Shown: positions 1 to 10,137, numbered from the stretch's first letter. The stretch is DNA of 64,000 nucleotides from a bacterium (GCA_037131125.1 JBAXRR010000001.1:7345-71344); one strand, 5' to 3'. Notes: generated by a model from the sequence alone, not told the origin. Translations and numbers: made by a program.

Positions 1-328
1 TATTTCTAATTACAATTCCACCTTTAACTTTTGCATCTATTGCATAGTTGAATATGAGGCTAGCTGTGGTTATCTTTTTAGTTACGACAGATTCAAGTTT
101 TTCAACTTGTTTAGAATCTAGTTTAGTTGCAGATAGAACTTCAATGATTAAGTTTTCTTTTGTTAATATCTTTTTGTATTCTTCAAATACCTTATCTATA
201 TCTGATCCTTGAATGTTCTTAATGATGCTAAAAAGAATTAAACCGGAATCTTCAAATCCAGCCTTTTTAAATCTCTTTAGATCAAGATAAACATCCTTTG
301 CTAAGGTTTTGTATTTATCGTTTGCCAT
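1..328 (-). CDS. atpH: ATP synthase F1 delta subunit, short form, 3' end outside window
   Basis: Manual translation from ATG at 328: MANDKYKTLAK...IEVLSATKLDSKQVEKL...YAIDAKVKGGIVIRN; carries the delta C-terminal D-x3-GG motif and follows atpF. Confidence 0.85.
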   Translation of the reverse strand, partial: MANDKYKTLAKDVYLDLKRFKKAGFEDSGLILFSIIKNIQGSDIDKVFEEYKKILTKENLIIEVLSATKLDSKQVEKLESVVTKKITTASLIFNYAIDAKVKGGIVIRN

Positions 329-347
329 ATATTTATATACTTAACTA

Positions 348-830
348 TTACTCTATTCTAGAAATTGCTTTATCTATGATTTTTGAATCTAGTTTCTCAA
401 CTTTTTCATCCCAAAGCTTTTCTACTGCAACCTTTACAGATTTTTCAATTTCATTCTTCATATTTGCCTCAAGATCTGCTCTTTCTTGTTCAAGTCTCTT
501 CATAGCACCATCTACTATCTGTTTAGATTCAGAGTTAGCGTTTAAGATAATCTTTTCTCTCTCAGTAAGTCCAGATTTCTTAGCTTTCTCTAAGATTTCA
601 TCAGTTTGAGACTTAGTTTCATCAAACTTAAGTTTAATTTCTTCCTCAAGTTTAATCATCCTTTCCTCAAGTTCTTTTGAAGTCTTAGCATTCTTCTCTA
701 TTTCTTCTCTTCTTTTGTCCATGTTCTTAATGACACCAGATAGAAGAAACTTATCTAGAATGACGTAAAGTACAGCAATTAATATGATATAGATTATTAT
801 CGTAATTGGATTTATTCCAAATGCGTCCAT
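348..830 (-). CDS. atpF: ATP synthase Fo subunit b
   Basis: N-terminal TM helix followed by charged coiled coil; atpB-E-F-H order. Confidence 0.9.
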   Translation of the reverse strand: MDAFGINPITIIIYIILIAVLYVILDKFLLSGVIKNMDKRREEIEKNAKTSKELEERMIKLEEEIKLKFDETKSQTDEILEKAKKSGLTEREKIILNANSESKQIVDGAMKRLEQERADLEANMKNEIEKSVKVAVEKLWDEKVEKLDSKIIDKAISRIE

Positions 831-843
831 TTTTGTTTTGTTA

Positions 844-1062
844 TTAGATAATTATAGATACAACTAGGGAAATGATTGCAATACCTTCTGCAAATGCTAA
901 AGGCAAAATCATAGCACCTCTAATTTTTGCATCAGCATCTGGGTTTCTACCAATTGCTTCCATTGCTTTTGAACCAGTCATACCAAGTGCTAGTGCAGGT
1001 CCTAAGCTTGCAAATGCAACGGCAATACCTTTTGCCAAGAATTTTATTGCTTCGTTATCCAT
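844..1062 (-). CDS. atpE: ATP synthase Fo subunit c, probably H+-type
   Basis: 72-aa hairpin, GRNP loop, FAEG ion-binding Glu; no Gln or ES/T Na+ signature. Confidence 0.95.
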   Translation of the reverse strand: MDNEAIKFLAKGIAVAFASLGPALALGMTGSKAMEAIGRNPDADAKIRGAMILPLAFAEGIAIISLVVSIII

Positions 1063-1092
1063 GTAAATATGTTAAAAAATATAAATAAAACT

Positions 1093-2010
1093 TTAATGAT
1101 GTTGTTCTTCGACTGCAAGACCTGTAAAACTTGTCGTTAAGACAAAGAATACATAAGCTTGTACGAATCCAACAAATAACTCTAATATTAAGAAAGGAAT
1201 TGAAACAACTCCCTTTGCAAGATTAAACATAACCATAAGGAGTACTTCTCCTGCAAATACATTACCAAACATCCTGAAGCTAAAAGATAATATCTTTGCT
1301 GCTTCTAGTATAGTCTCTAAGATGCCAACAAAGAAATTAATTATGCTATTAGCATTAAGTGGGAAAGATAAGTTCAAATATTTCTTTAAGTATTTCTTTC
1401 CATTTATCTTAAATCCAAAGTAGTTAGTTACGAATAGAGATAGTAAAGCAAATGCTATTGTTCCATTTAAGTCGGATGTCATAGGTCTAAATACAGGAAC
1501 TAACGTTCTACTCTCTCCAATCTTTTCTAATTTCATTGTTTCGAAGTTTAATGCACATGGAGTTCCTAAACACTCTAGTATGCTAGAAGGAGATTCTACT
1601 ACTGGTTTAACCTCATGAGTACTTTCAGCTGCAACAGTAGTTTCTGTATTAGTTTTCTTTGTAGTTGAAACAACAACAGGTTTTTCTTCAATTACCCCTA
1701 ATGGTCCTGTTATTGGCAATAGTCCTGACCAATTAGAAAGTATTACTAAAAAGAAAAATGTAAGTGTTAGAGGGAATATCATCTTAGAAGGCTTAATTCC
1801 CATACTATTAATAGAGGTCTCTCTGAGAGATCCTATTACATATTCAAGGAATAACTGAAACTTAGAAGGCTTAGAGTAACTAATAGTTTTCCCAACTATT
1901 ACTGCTAGAACACATAAAATAGATACTAATATAATAGTGGTGAATAGCGAATTGGTAACTGGGTAACCTAATACTGTAAATATTTTTTCTGCAGATAATG
2001 AAAACTCCAT
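1093..2010 (-). CDS. atpB: ATP synthase Fo subunit a
   Basis: NWSGLLP, RPMTSDLN, SFRMFGNVFAGE and FVQAYVF motifs. Confidence 0.95.
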   Translation of the reverse strand: MEFSLSAEKIFTVLGYPVTNSLFTTIILVSILCVLAVIVGKTISYSKPSKFQLFLEYVIGSLRETSINSMGIKPSKMIFPLTLTFFFLVILSNWSGLLPITGPLGVIEEKPVVVSTTKKTNTETTVAAESTHEVKPVVESPSSILECLGTPCALNFETMKLEKIGESRTLVPVFRPMTSDLNGTIAFALLSLFVTNYFGFKINGKKYLKKYLNLSFPLNANSIINFFVGILETILEAAKILSFSFRMFGNVFAGEVLLMVMFNLAKGVVSIPFLILELFVGFVQAYVFFVLTTSFTGLAVEEQHH

Positions 2011-2089
2011 AAATTAATTTTTTAACTCTAAAATTTCGCCGAACAGAAAGAGTATACCTCAAGAACTCAACTTATGTAAACCCTTATCC

Positions 2090-2419
2090 CTACTTTAGCT
2101 TACCTTTTCTAAATGCTCCCCTAATTAGTTTGTATGCTTCTCTTTTCTCAGGCTTGTAAATCAAGTAAACACCTATTAATGTTTTGCATTTGGGACATTC
2201 AAGATTTGGGGGACAGGAATCTTTAAAGTTTTCAGGCCATATGATTCTATCTAAGTAAGTTCTTTGTAATGAACCTATTCCATCTTTTTGGTAAATAAGG
2301 ACCCTTTCGTTACATTTAGCACAGTGTATATCTAATATCTGAGTATTACCTCCCCTGCTTCTTCTGAAGTTATCTTTTTTAATATCAAAATCTTTGAGCT
2401 TTAGTTCTATCTCTTCCAT
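2090..2419 (-). CDS. Hypothetical Zn-ribbon protein
   Basis: Two CxxC motifs (CAKC, CPKC); start moved to ATG 2419, 7 nt after TATAAT. Confidence 0.6.
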   Translation of the reverse strand: MEEIELKLKDFDIKKDNFRRSRGGNTQILDIHCAKCNERVLIYQKDGIGSLQRTYLDRIIWPENFKDSCPPNLECPKCKTLIGVYLIYKPEKREAYKLIRGAFRKGKLK

Positions 2420-2509
2420 AATATATATTATACATCTCAAATATATTTGAAAGAATTCAATTCATATGTTAATACATTGAAATAAAATATTTATTTTTTC
2501 TTAATCTCT

Positions 2510-3016
2510 ATGGAAGATCTACATCGTGTCGTACTTTTGCCTGTTTATAATAATGAATTAGTCTTACTGGGTAATAATCCCAGTGAAGGAAGACACAGAG
2601 GTCTTTATGGTCTTCCAGGAGGAGAATATAACCGTAGGGTAGATAATAAAGCAATAGTGGAAGCTATTGAGGCTGTTAGGCTTAGAATAGGACTGGAGTC
2701 TGTGTTTGGAGGGTATATAGGAAGTTTAGAAACGCAACTCTCCCGAAATGGAACACAAACTCATATACATCTTGTTGGAGTGAATGGAAGCAGTTGTATT
2801 CCAAGTGAATTAGATTTTGAAAGTTCAAATATGTCCCCACTCCCAACTATAGTCTCTGATTCTATGTTTTTATGTAATGCACGTTTAGAAGGAATACATG
2901 GGTTACTTCGAAACGTAAGGGAAAATCGATATGGAATTCAACTTACTCCAATTACTCATCAATTGTTATTTTCTTTAGCAGGAAATATAATCAGCTTTAT
3001 ATCAAGACAAAATTAA
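2510..3016 (+). CDS. Degenerate NUDIX-like protein
   Basis: GLYGLPGG precedes a Nudix-box position that lacks the REUXEE glutamates. Confidence 0.45.
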   Translation: MEDLHRVVLLPVYNNELVLLGNNPSEGRHRGLYGLPGGEYNRRVDNKAIVEAIEAVRLRIGLESVFGGYIGSLETQLSRNGTQTHIHLVGVNGSSCIPSELDFESSNMSPLPTIVSDSMFLCNARLEGIHGLLRNVRENRYGIQLTPITHQLLFSLAGNIISFISRQN

Positions 3017-3049
3017 TGAAAGCTGGATGTTCACTATTTTATTTTACTG

Positions 3050-4381
3050 TTATCTCGTTAACTTTTTTTCCTGAACAACTGGATTAACGGTGGGTATAAC
3101 TTTCTTACTTCCTAACTTTTTTGCCTTATACAATCTGTAGAGAAGTATTGCCTTGATTGTAATAGCAGTAGCTCCTATTAATCCTACTATTATTAATATC
3201 CATGAATTGTTTTGTGGCTTTACTGTTGTTTCAGTTGCGTTGAAATTTACTTTTTCGACTTTCCCTTTTGCAACAGTAGGTGCGGAACTTTCTGATGAAG
3301 ATAATGATCCAGATGAAATAGTAGTGCTTGTACTTGAAGTCCTACTTGAACTAGTAATAGAACTTTCTGAACTATTTGGATCATATCCTAAACAACAGCC
3401 ATCATCTTCAAATGTATCTGGAACTCCTACCATCTGACTAATGTTTCCGGAGTTATCTATTACACGAATGTATAATATTCCTATATCTCCTAGATTAGTT
3501 TCAATGTATTTATTGACATAAGAACTGTCATATTTCCTAACATTATCTACGAATTCCCAATTTTGAGCTATCTGGATTTCTTTGACTCCAGTTTCTTTTT
3601 CCGTAACGCTATCTATTTTCCATTTAATAATATTTGGATTTGTTGGATCAATTGCGTATGTTACTTTGTCGATTTCTGGAGCAATAGTGTCCATTCTAAA
3701 TGTCAGAGTACTCATATTGCTCTTATTTCCCATTTCATCATATCCCATACAGTATATTGTATTTACATCTGTGGAATTATATTGTTTATCTGTTAGATTA
3801 ATTTTAAAATCACTTGGCGATTCGTATGGAAATTTCGCATAAGATTCTACATCAGAAAGCTTATCAGTACATCCAAAAGATTTAACGGTGGTATATTGAT
3901 CTGTGATACTTCCTCCTAAGTTTACTATGTAACTACTTTTACTTATCCAAGCTGGAATTGTAACAGTACTTACTGGACCACTTAAGTCTATAGTAAAACT
4001 CTGTGAACCAACGATAACCATATCTGTGCCAGTATATCCTGGAGAGTAACTATCTAATATTCCTTTTACGTATAGAGTATATTTTCCTTCAGCTGGAAAA
4101 GTATATGTACCTTGGAAGTATGCGGTTGTTGCTACATTCTGAGTGAAGTTACTATCTGTAGCTAATACTATTGATTTAACAAAGTAACCAATAGAACCAA
4201 TTATAAGTGGCTCACTGTACGTAAAGATATCTACAGTTTTGCTTCCGGATTTAATCTCAGGAGTAGTTTTCTTTTCAATCATTTCAACAATATCTTTATA
4301 GAATGTTATTGGATGAGGATTAACAGTTTCTGCTTTAACACTTTGAGGGAAGATTAATAGAATTACAAATGCGACAATCAC
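3050..4381 (-). CDS. Secreted/surface protein with Ig-like beta domains, Ser/Thr linker and C-terminal TM anchor
   Basis: Hydrophobic N-terminus ending VKA, DxxAP/DxxGN Ig-like repeats, Ser/Thr-rich linker, TM helix followed by basic tail. Confidence 0.7.
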   Translation of the reverse strand: MIVAFVILLIFPQSVKAETVNPHPITFYKDIVEMIEKKTTPEIKSGSKTVDIFTYSEPLIIGSIGYFVKSIVLATDSNFTQNVATTAYFQGTYTFPAEGKYTLYVKGILDSYSPGYTGTDMVIVGSQSFTIDLSGPVSTVTIPAWISKSSYIVNLGGSITDQYTTVKSFGCTDKLSDVESYAKFPYESPSDFKINLTDKQYNSTDVNTIYCMGYDEMGNKSNMSTLTFRMDTIAPEIDKVTYAIDPTNPNIIKWKIDSVTEKETGVKEIQIAQNWEFVDNVRKYDSSYVNKYIETNLGDIGILYIRVIDNSGNISQMVGVPDTFEDDGCCLGYDPNSSESSITSSSRTSSTSTTISSGSLSSSESSAPTVAKGKVEKVNFNATETTVKPQNNSWILIIVGLIGATAITIKAILLYRLYKAKKLGSKKVIPTVNPVVQEKKLTR

Positions 4382-4518
4382 AAAAGAAAATACCCCAATT
4401 TTTTATTCATGCACACTTCATAAAATATATTAGCATAAATATATTGGAAGAATTTATACACTTGGGAATTAATTGCTAGTGGCCGATTCTCTATTTCTAT
4501 TCTGCAAAGCATTCAAGC

Positions 4519-4965
4519 TTATTTCGTTTCTTCGGATAAATATTCAATCATGTCTTTAAATGCAGTGTCGCCTTCTGGTCTCATATAATCTACTGCGTTC
4601 CCGAATTGCTCACATCCTATTGCAACTTCTGCGATGCACTGATTTATACATTTGCTAGTCAAGATTAAATCTCTTAACTCTATTTTCCCTTTATCACTCA
4701 ATACTGCTGTGGTTCCGTAAAGTGCTCTTAATTCATCTCTAGGCATTCCATTTTTTATTGCACACTTATCAGGTAAATCTTTAACGATTTCTCTTGAAGG
4801 CATAACTCTTACTATATGATCATTAATTGTTGCCGGATACATACTGTCAGTATAGCGGCCAAATGCTACCTCACCAGTTAAAGCTAATGTGACAATTCTA
4901 ATTCCAGATGTTTTTCCTTCATATTTTTCTTGAATTGCTCTTGAACTTTCAGTATCTCCTGCCAT
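4519..4965 (-). CDS. Hypothetical protein, 4 Cys
   Basis: 148-aa ORF with ATG start, no recognised family. Confidence 0.5.
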   Translation of the reverse strand: MAGDTESSRAIQEKYEGKTSGIRIVTLALTGEVAFGRYTDSMYPATINDHIVRVMPSREIVKDLPDKCAIKNGMPRDELRALYGTTAVLSDKGKIELRDLILTSKCINQCIAEVAIGCEQFGNAVDYMRPEGDTAFKDMIEYLSEETK

Positions 4966-5146
4966 TATTATTGAGTAAAAAATAGTAAAGAGATTGTACT
5001 CTTATGTGGTAGGGCTATCAATAAGTGTTGGGAAAAATCCTATTTTTTTCTCGCTTTAAGATAAGGAGAAATCTAGTTGTGAAAATGTTAATATTCATAA
5101 GATGTTCACAAGTGTTTCTAATTATTACTTTGTAAGTTAAGAAATT

Positions 5147-6967
5147 ATGTGTGGAATTGTAGGATTTAGTGGTAAAAACGAAAAAATGTTACATTCAATG
5201 CTAGGTACTATTGAGCATCGTGGTCCAGATGGTGAGGGAATGGAAGTTAATAACTTCTTTAGTATTGGAATGAGAAGACTTGCAATTATAGATCCAAATG
5301 GTGGATGGCAACCTATATATAACAAGGATAAGAGTGTATGTATAGTTTTTAATGGAGAGATATATAACTATCAAGAAGTCTGGAAAGAACTTCAAACACT
5401 TGGATATGAATTCTCAACTGATCATAGTGATACCGAGACTATACTTCATGGATATGAAGAATGGGGAGTATATGTGTTAAATAAGATCAAAGGAATGTTT
5501 GCATTTGCAATATGGGATTCTCGAATCCAAAAACTCTTTATTGCAAGAGATCGACTCGGAATTAAACCACTCTACTACTACAATGAGAATGGAAAGTTTG
5601 TATTTGGATCTGAAATTAAAGCACTGCTTGTAACCAATCTAATTCATAGAGAATATGATGAAGAAACTTTAATGAAGTTTCTTATGTTTAGAGTTCATGA
5701 CTCAACTGAGCAGACGTTCTTTAAAGGAATTAAAAGACTCCAACCTGGTCATTACATGATTGTTGGTGAAAATGGTATAGAAGGGATTAAGAAATATTGG
5801 AATCCTACATTTAATCCTAATTTCAAATCTGAAAAGACCGATGATGAATATGCAAAAGAGTTCTACGATTTATACAAATCCACTATTAAAAGACACATTA
5901 TTTCAGATGTTCCAGTTGGAGTTTCTCTTTCTGGTGGATTAGATTCTAGCGGAGTTGTATCTGTAATGAGAGAACTCATGCTTGAAGGATCGGATCTTCA
6001 TACATCAGGAAAGTTATTTACCTTCTCTGCTCTTTATCCAGGGAAAAGTATAGATGAAAGTAAATATATTAATGAAGTGGAAAGATATGTAGAGAGTACT
6101 CCTGAATATGCATATCCAAGTGTAGATAAGTTTTGGGAAGAAATAAATGAATGGATAATTACTCAAGAAGAACCAACCATATCTTCAGCTCCATATGCAT
6201 ATTACTCTGTGTATAGAAAAGCTTCTGAATTTGTAAAAGTAATGCTTTCAGGAAATGGTGGAGATGAACTTTTAGCTGGATATCTTCCATACTTTAAGTC
6301 GTATGCTACTTCTGCAATTAACCAAGGAGAATACATTCCACTTGCAAGGGAACTTGTTAAGTCTTTCGGAATATATGGAAAGTATTTAGGAGAATTAGTT
6401 TCATCTAAGCTCTCCTCAAAATCTAACCTATTGTCGATGAAAGATTTTCTCTTAGAAGAGAAGAAGAAGTATAAATACAATTACAAATCTTCAGATAATT
6501 TAAATGAAAGACTATTTAATGATGTTACACAGTACTCTACTCCTAACCTTCTTCGTTATGAGGATAAGAATTCAATGGCGTTTTCAATTGAATCTAGAGT
6601 TCCATTTCTAGATAGCGATTTAGTTGAATATATATTTAATCTTCCAATAGACCAGAAGATTAAAAATGGTTGGACAAGATATGTATACAGAAATGCAATG
6701 AAGGGACATATGCCTGAACTAAACAGGTTGAGACGAAGTAAGATTGGCTTTACCAATCCAGAACAAGGTTGGATGAGAGATAAGGGAGACATTATTCTTT
6801 CTATCTTTGAATCTGACCTATTTAAATCCAGAGGAATATATGACACTAATGCTGTTGTCTCTATGTTTAAAAAATGGATAATTAATCCTGATGCAATTCA
6901 AGGAGATGGATTAATATTTTGGAGAATATTAGTTACTGAGCTTTGGATGAGAAATTATCTTGATTAA
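5147..6967 (+). CDS. asnB: Asparagine synthase (glutamine-hydrolysing) family amidotransferase
   Basis: MCGI N-terminus, HRGPD, FNGEIYN, SDTE, SLSGGLDSS, SGNGGDE, ESRVPFLD. Confidence 0.95.
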   Translation: MCGIVGFSGKNEKMLHSMLGTIEHRGPDGEGMEVNNFFSIGMRRLAIIDPNGGWQPIYNKDKSVCIVFNGEIYNYQEVWKELQTLGYEFSTDHSDTETILHGYEEWGVYVLNKIKGMFAFAIWDSRIQKLFIARDRLGIKPLYYYNENGKFVFGSEIKALLVTNLIHREYDEETLMKFLMFRVHDSTEQTFFKGIKRLQPGHYMIVGENGIEGIKKYWNPTFNPNFKSEKTDDEYAKEFYDLYKSTIKRHIISDVPVGVSLSGGLDSSGVVSVMRELMLEGSDLHTSGKLFTFSALYPGKSIDESKYINEVERYVESTPEYAYPSVDKFWEEINEWIITQEEPTISSAPYAYYSVYRKASEFVKVMLSGNGGDELLAGYLPYFKSYATSAINQGEYIPLARELVKSFGIYGKYLGELVSSKLSSKSNLLSMKDFLLEEKKKYKYNYKSSDNLNERLFNDVTQYSTPNLLRYEDKNSMAFSIESRVPFLDSDLVEYIFNLPIDQKIKNGWTRYVYRNAMKGHMPELNRLRRSKIGFTNPEQGWMRDKGDIILSIFESDLFKSRGIYDTNAVVSMFKKWIINPDAIQGDGLIFWRILVTELWMRNYLD

Positions 6968-7028
6968 TAAATTCACTGGAATATATTCCAGATGAAATAT
7001 TACATACTATATATATTATGTTTACTAC

Positions 7029-7700
7029 ATGGAAAAGATAAGAGAAGTTTCAGAGGGTAAGTTTGAAAGAGTTCCTGTTAAAACTCATCTAATACATATT
7101 AAAGAAGATTTTCTTCCAATTGTTGAAAAGTATGTAGTTCCTTTATATAAAAAGGGTGACTTTATAGCCATATCTGAAAAAGTCATAACTATAACACAAG
7201 GAAGAGTTGTTCATATGTCAGCAGTTCATCCAGGCCTTCTTGCTAAGCTTGTAGTTAAGGGCGTAAAGAAATATGAATTTGATATTGGTTATTCACATCC
7301 AGCAAAGATGCAAGTTGCAATTATGCAAGCTGGTTGGTGGAGAGTATTCTTCGCCATGATAGGAGGATCCATAACTAGATTATTTGGTAGACATGGAGAT
7401 TTCTACAGAATTGCAGGACATAGAATATCTGAGATAGATGGATTCAATCCCCATGCAATGGCACCATTTAATGAATTTGCAATGCTAGGACCAGATAAAC
7501 CTTCTGAATTTTGCCAGACTATTGAAGATAAATTTGGAATACCATCTGTAATTATTGATGGTAACAATATTAATGTAGAAGTATTAGGACTAAGTAAACG
7601 AGTTGGTTATACAAAGGCTGAAGTAAGAGATATTCTATTAGACAATCCAATGGGACAAGATGATGAAATGACTCCTGTTGTAATTATTAGGAAAATATAA
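7029..7700 (+). CDS. CofE-like (F420-0:gamma-glutamyl ligase family) protein
   Basis: PVKTHLI, GDFIAISEKVITITQGR, EIDG, VIIDGN, DNPMGQ-x3-TPVVI resemble the F420 ligase family. Confidence 0.7.
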   Translation: MEKIREVSEGKFERVPVKTHLIHIKEDFLPIVEKYVVPLYKKGDFIAISEKVITITQGRVVHMSAVHPGLLAKLVVKGVKKYEFDIGYSHPAKMQVAIMQAGWWRVFFAMIGGSITRLFGRHGDFYRIAGHRISEIDGFNPHAMAPFNEFAMLGPDKPSEFCQTIEDKFGIPSVIIDGNNINVEVLGLSKRVGYTKAEVRDILLDNPMGQDDEMTPVVIIRKI

Positions 7701-8252
7701 GTGACAAAGATCACTAGTCTTGGATATACCTTCAAAGAGGTAGATGGAAAATACCAATTGTGTTTAGGTGAAATTAAAAAGGAAGGTTTTTCAAAAGGTT
7801 TCTATAATGGATTTGGTGGTAAAGTTGGAGATAAGATTAAAGATGAGACAGTAGAAAGTGGTTTAGTAAGAGAAGCAATGGAGGAATTTTCAATTACACT
7901 TCGAGAGTTTAGTAAGAAAGCTATTGTAAATTTTTATTCCCAAGATAAAACTAATCCAGATGTTACCACTCATGTATTTTTTGTAAAATCTTGGCTAGGA
8001 AGTCCTTCTGAAAGCGAAGAGATTAAACCTGAGTGGTTTGATTTAGATAAGATCCCATATGACAAGATGTGGGCAAGTGATAAATATTGGTTAAGCGACA
8101 TACTGAAATTAAGTTTTGACGATTACTTCAAAAAGTCAGACATTATGATTTATGATATTCTTTCTGATCCAAAAGATTGGAATATGGTCATTAGTGTTAA
8201 GAGATATGGTACTGATCACAATAATGTTATGGAAATCCCACTTTCTAACTGA
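7701..8252 (+). CDS. NUDIX hydrolase, MTH1/8-oxo-dGTPase-like
   Basis: NGFGGKV...ET...REAMEE Nudix box plus ESEEIKPEWF...IPYDKMWASD typical of the MTH1 subfamily. Confidence 0.8.
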   Translation: MTKITSLGYTFKEVDGKYQLCLGEIKKEGFSKGFYNGFGGKVGDKIKDETVESGLVREAMEEFSITLREFSKKAIVNFYSQDKTNPDVTTHVFFVKSWLGSPSESEEIKPEWFDLDKIPYDKMWASDKYWLSDILKLSFDDYFKKSDIMIYDILSDPKDWNMVISVKRYGTDHNNVMEIPLSN

Positions 8253-8311
8253 TTTACAAATATAGTACATCGTGTTACTATGTATCCACACTAACCTATT
8301 ACCCAATTCTC

Positions 8312-9460
8312 ATGCCGGAAGTCAGTGTGGAAGGATCTAAAAGTTTTACAAAATTGTTTTATCAGAACTTATTTGAACTGGGAAACCATTTTGAAATTCG
8401 ATATTCATCAATGACCTACGACGAATTTGAACATGAGGAGTTCAGAGAGTATTACGCAGCGTATGCAATGGCTGGAAAAGATTTTGATAAATTTATAATT
8501 CTTTTTAATAGAAAAGATGCGTCAGTACTGGATCGGTCTTTTGTAAATTCTGGATATATGGAAAGAATGGTGTCTGGTGATTTGTTTGATCAGACTGGAG
8601 AAGAAGACAATGAGAACTTGTTTAAGTATTATTCAATGAAAATCTCAACCGCGATAGGTATATATGCAATCCGAGAACATATGATGGCGCTTTATTCAGG
8701 GAAAGAAGACAGTAAGTTGTACAAAAGTGCAGTAAAGCTTATTAATGAAAGAAGCATTTCACCAGAAAGTTGGTTGCCACTTATGCAAAAGGTAGTGGAA
8801 GAAAATCCTGACGATGCAATTGCACCTCATGTACTAAGTACAATGGAATCTATTATTGATAATGATCCTAGAAAACTTGTCGCGTCAATGTCTGTTCTCT
8901 TCTCCATATTCCATTGGACTGGATCAGTTCTTGAAGAAGCGTTCAATCCTTATGATAAAAAGTCTTGTCCTAATATATATTCTTGTATTTTATCTCTTGG
9001 TCCATCTTTCCCTATACTGACTCCAGAGAAATTTGAAACTGGATACAGGTTCCTTCTAGACAGAAAATCTGAATTTGCAAATTGGGCAATTGCAAATAAA
9101 CGTTATAATATTAGTTCTGCTTCTAAATATATAAGTGACGAAATGCAACTATATAGTCTATTGCATGAAGCTGTTAACTTAGGAGAGGAATATGTTGATG
9201 CTCTTTTTAGAGTCTTACCGGCTTATTGTAAAATTCAGGATCTTTATCTTTTACAAGTATGGGGTAATGATTATTCTACTAAACCAGAGTTATGCTCACT
9301 CATTATCTCTAAGATTGTCCAGTTTTATCCAAATGAAGATATATATTTTTTAATTAACGATTTTCTTACCCCAGATTTCTTAAAACATGGAAGTAAAGAT
9401 GCAGAAGAAAATAAGCAACTGTTTGAAGAACTTTATGCAAAAAAGAAAAGTGCAAATTAA
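8312..9460 (+). CDS. Hypothetical protein, probably helical
   Basis: 382-aa ORF; TTTACA-17-TACTAT promoter-like sequence upstream. Confidence 0.6.
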   Translation: MPEVSVEGSKSFTKLFYQNLFELGNHFEIRYSSMTYDEFEHEEFREYYAAYAMAGKDFDKFIILFNRKDASVLDRSFVNSGYMERMVSGDLFDQTGEEDNENLFKYYSMKISTAIGIYAIREHMMALYSGKEDSKLYKSAVKLINERSISPESWLPLMQKVVEENPDDAIAPHVLSTMESIIDNDPRKLVASMSVLFSIFHWTGSVLEEAFNPYDKKSCPNIYSCILSLGPSFPILTPEKFETGYRFLLDRKSEFANWAIANKRYNISSASKYISDEMQLYSLLHEAVNLGEEYVDALFRVLPAYCKIQDLYLLQVWGNDYSTKPELCSLIISKIVQFYPNEDIYFLINDFLTPDFLKHGSKDAEENKQLFEELYAKKKSAN

Positions 9461-9522
9461 TGCATATTGCTTTTATTGTTAATCCTTACTAGCATTATAC
9501 TGTTAATTATTTTGAATCTCAT

Positions 9523-10038
9523 ATGAGAAATAATAAGTCTTTTACAATTGTAGAACTTCTAGTAGTTATGGCCGTAATTGGTGTGCTTCTATCTCTTGCT
9601 GTATTTGGAATTCAAGCGCTTCAGAAGAATCAGAGGGAGACTCAACGAATGCAGGATCTTAAGAATATACAAGGACAACTTGAGGCATTCTATACAAAGT
9701 ATAGAAGATATCCTGTAAGTGGAAGTAATAACAATGCAGAACTTAGAGTTAATGGAAATAATCTTGAAATTAATGTAGGTTTTCAACCTGATCCTTCTTC
9801 TACCTTTGCAACAATTCCAATTCAATCTATGACACCATTAATCCTCGTAGGAAATTATGATACTTATGATTGTAATGATCCATTTAATACTCCTTCTGCA
9901 GATAATTGGAATATTATTTATGCAACAATAAGACAAGATTTAAATCCCAATCCTCAAGTATATGAGCTTTTTGGATGCACAGAAGGAGGAAAGACAAACA
10001 ATCTTGGTGGATCTGATGATCTAGAGTATAACGACTAA
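9523..10038 (+). CDS. Type IV pilin / pseudopilin
   Basis: Class III signal KS|FTIVELLVVMAVIGVL, then R-x2-DL-x5-LE-x-F-x6-YP pattern and two Cys. Confidence 0.9.
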   Translation: MRNNKSFTIVELLVVMAVIGVLLSLAVFGIQALQKNQRETQRMQDLKNIQGQLEAFYTKYRRYPVSGSNNNAELRVNGNNLEINVGFQPDPSSTFATIPIQSMTPLILVGNYDTYDCNDPFNTPSADNWNIIYATIRQDLNPNPQVYELFGCTEGGKTNNLGGSDDLEYND

Positions 10039-10137
10039 TGCTTTTTTCATCTTTTTTTAATATCCGTATAATCCCCTCTTTGTAATAATCTTCGCAAATA
10101 TATTTACAATATATACTTATTTCTTATCCTGTATATC

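Noticed and set aside
5077-5111. Rex operator
   Set aside because: TTGTGAA and TTCACAA half-sites are 21 bp apart rather than 4
6976-6991. Gammaproteobacterial LexA box (CTG-N10-CAG)
   Set aside because: Lacks the CTGT/ACAG core, is not before a repair gene and does not fit the inferred lineage
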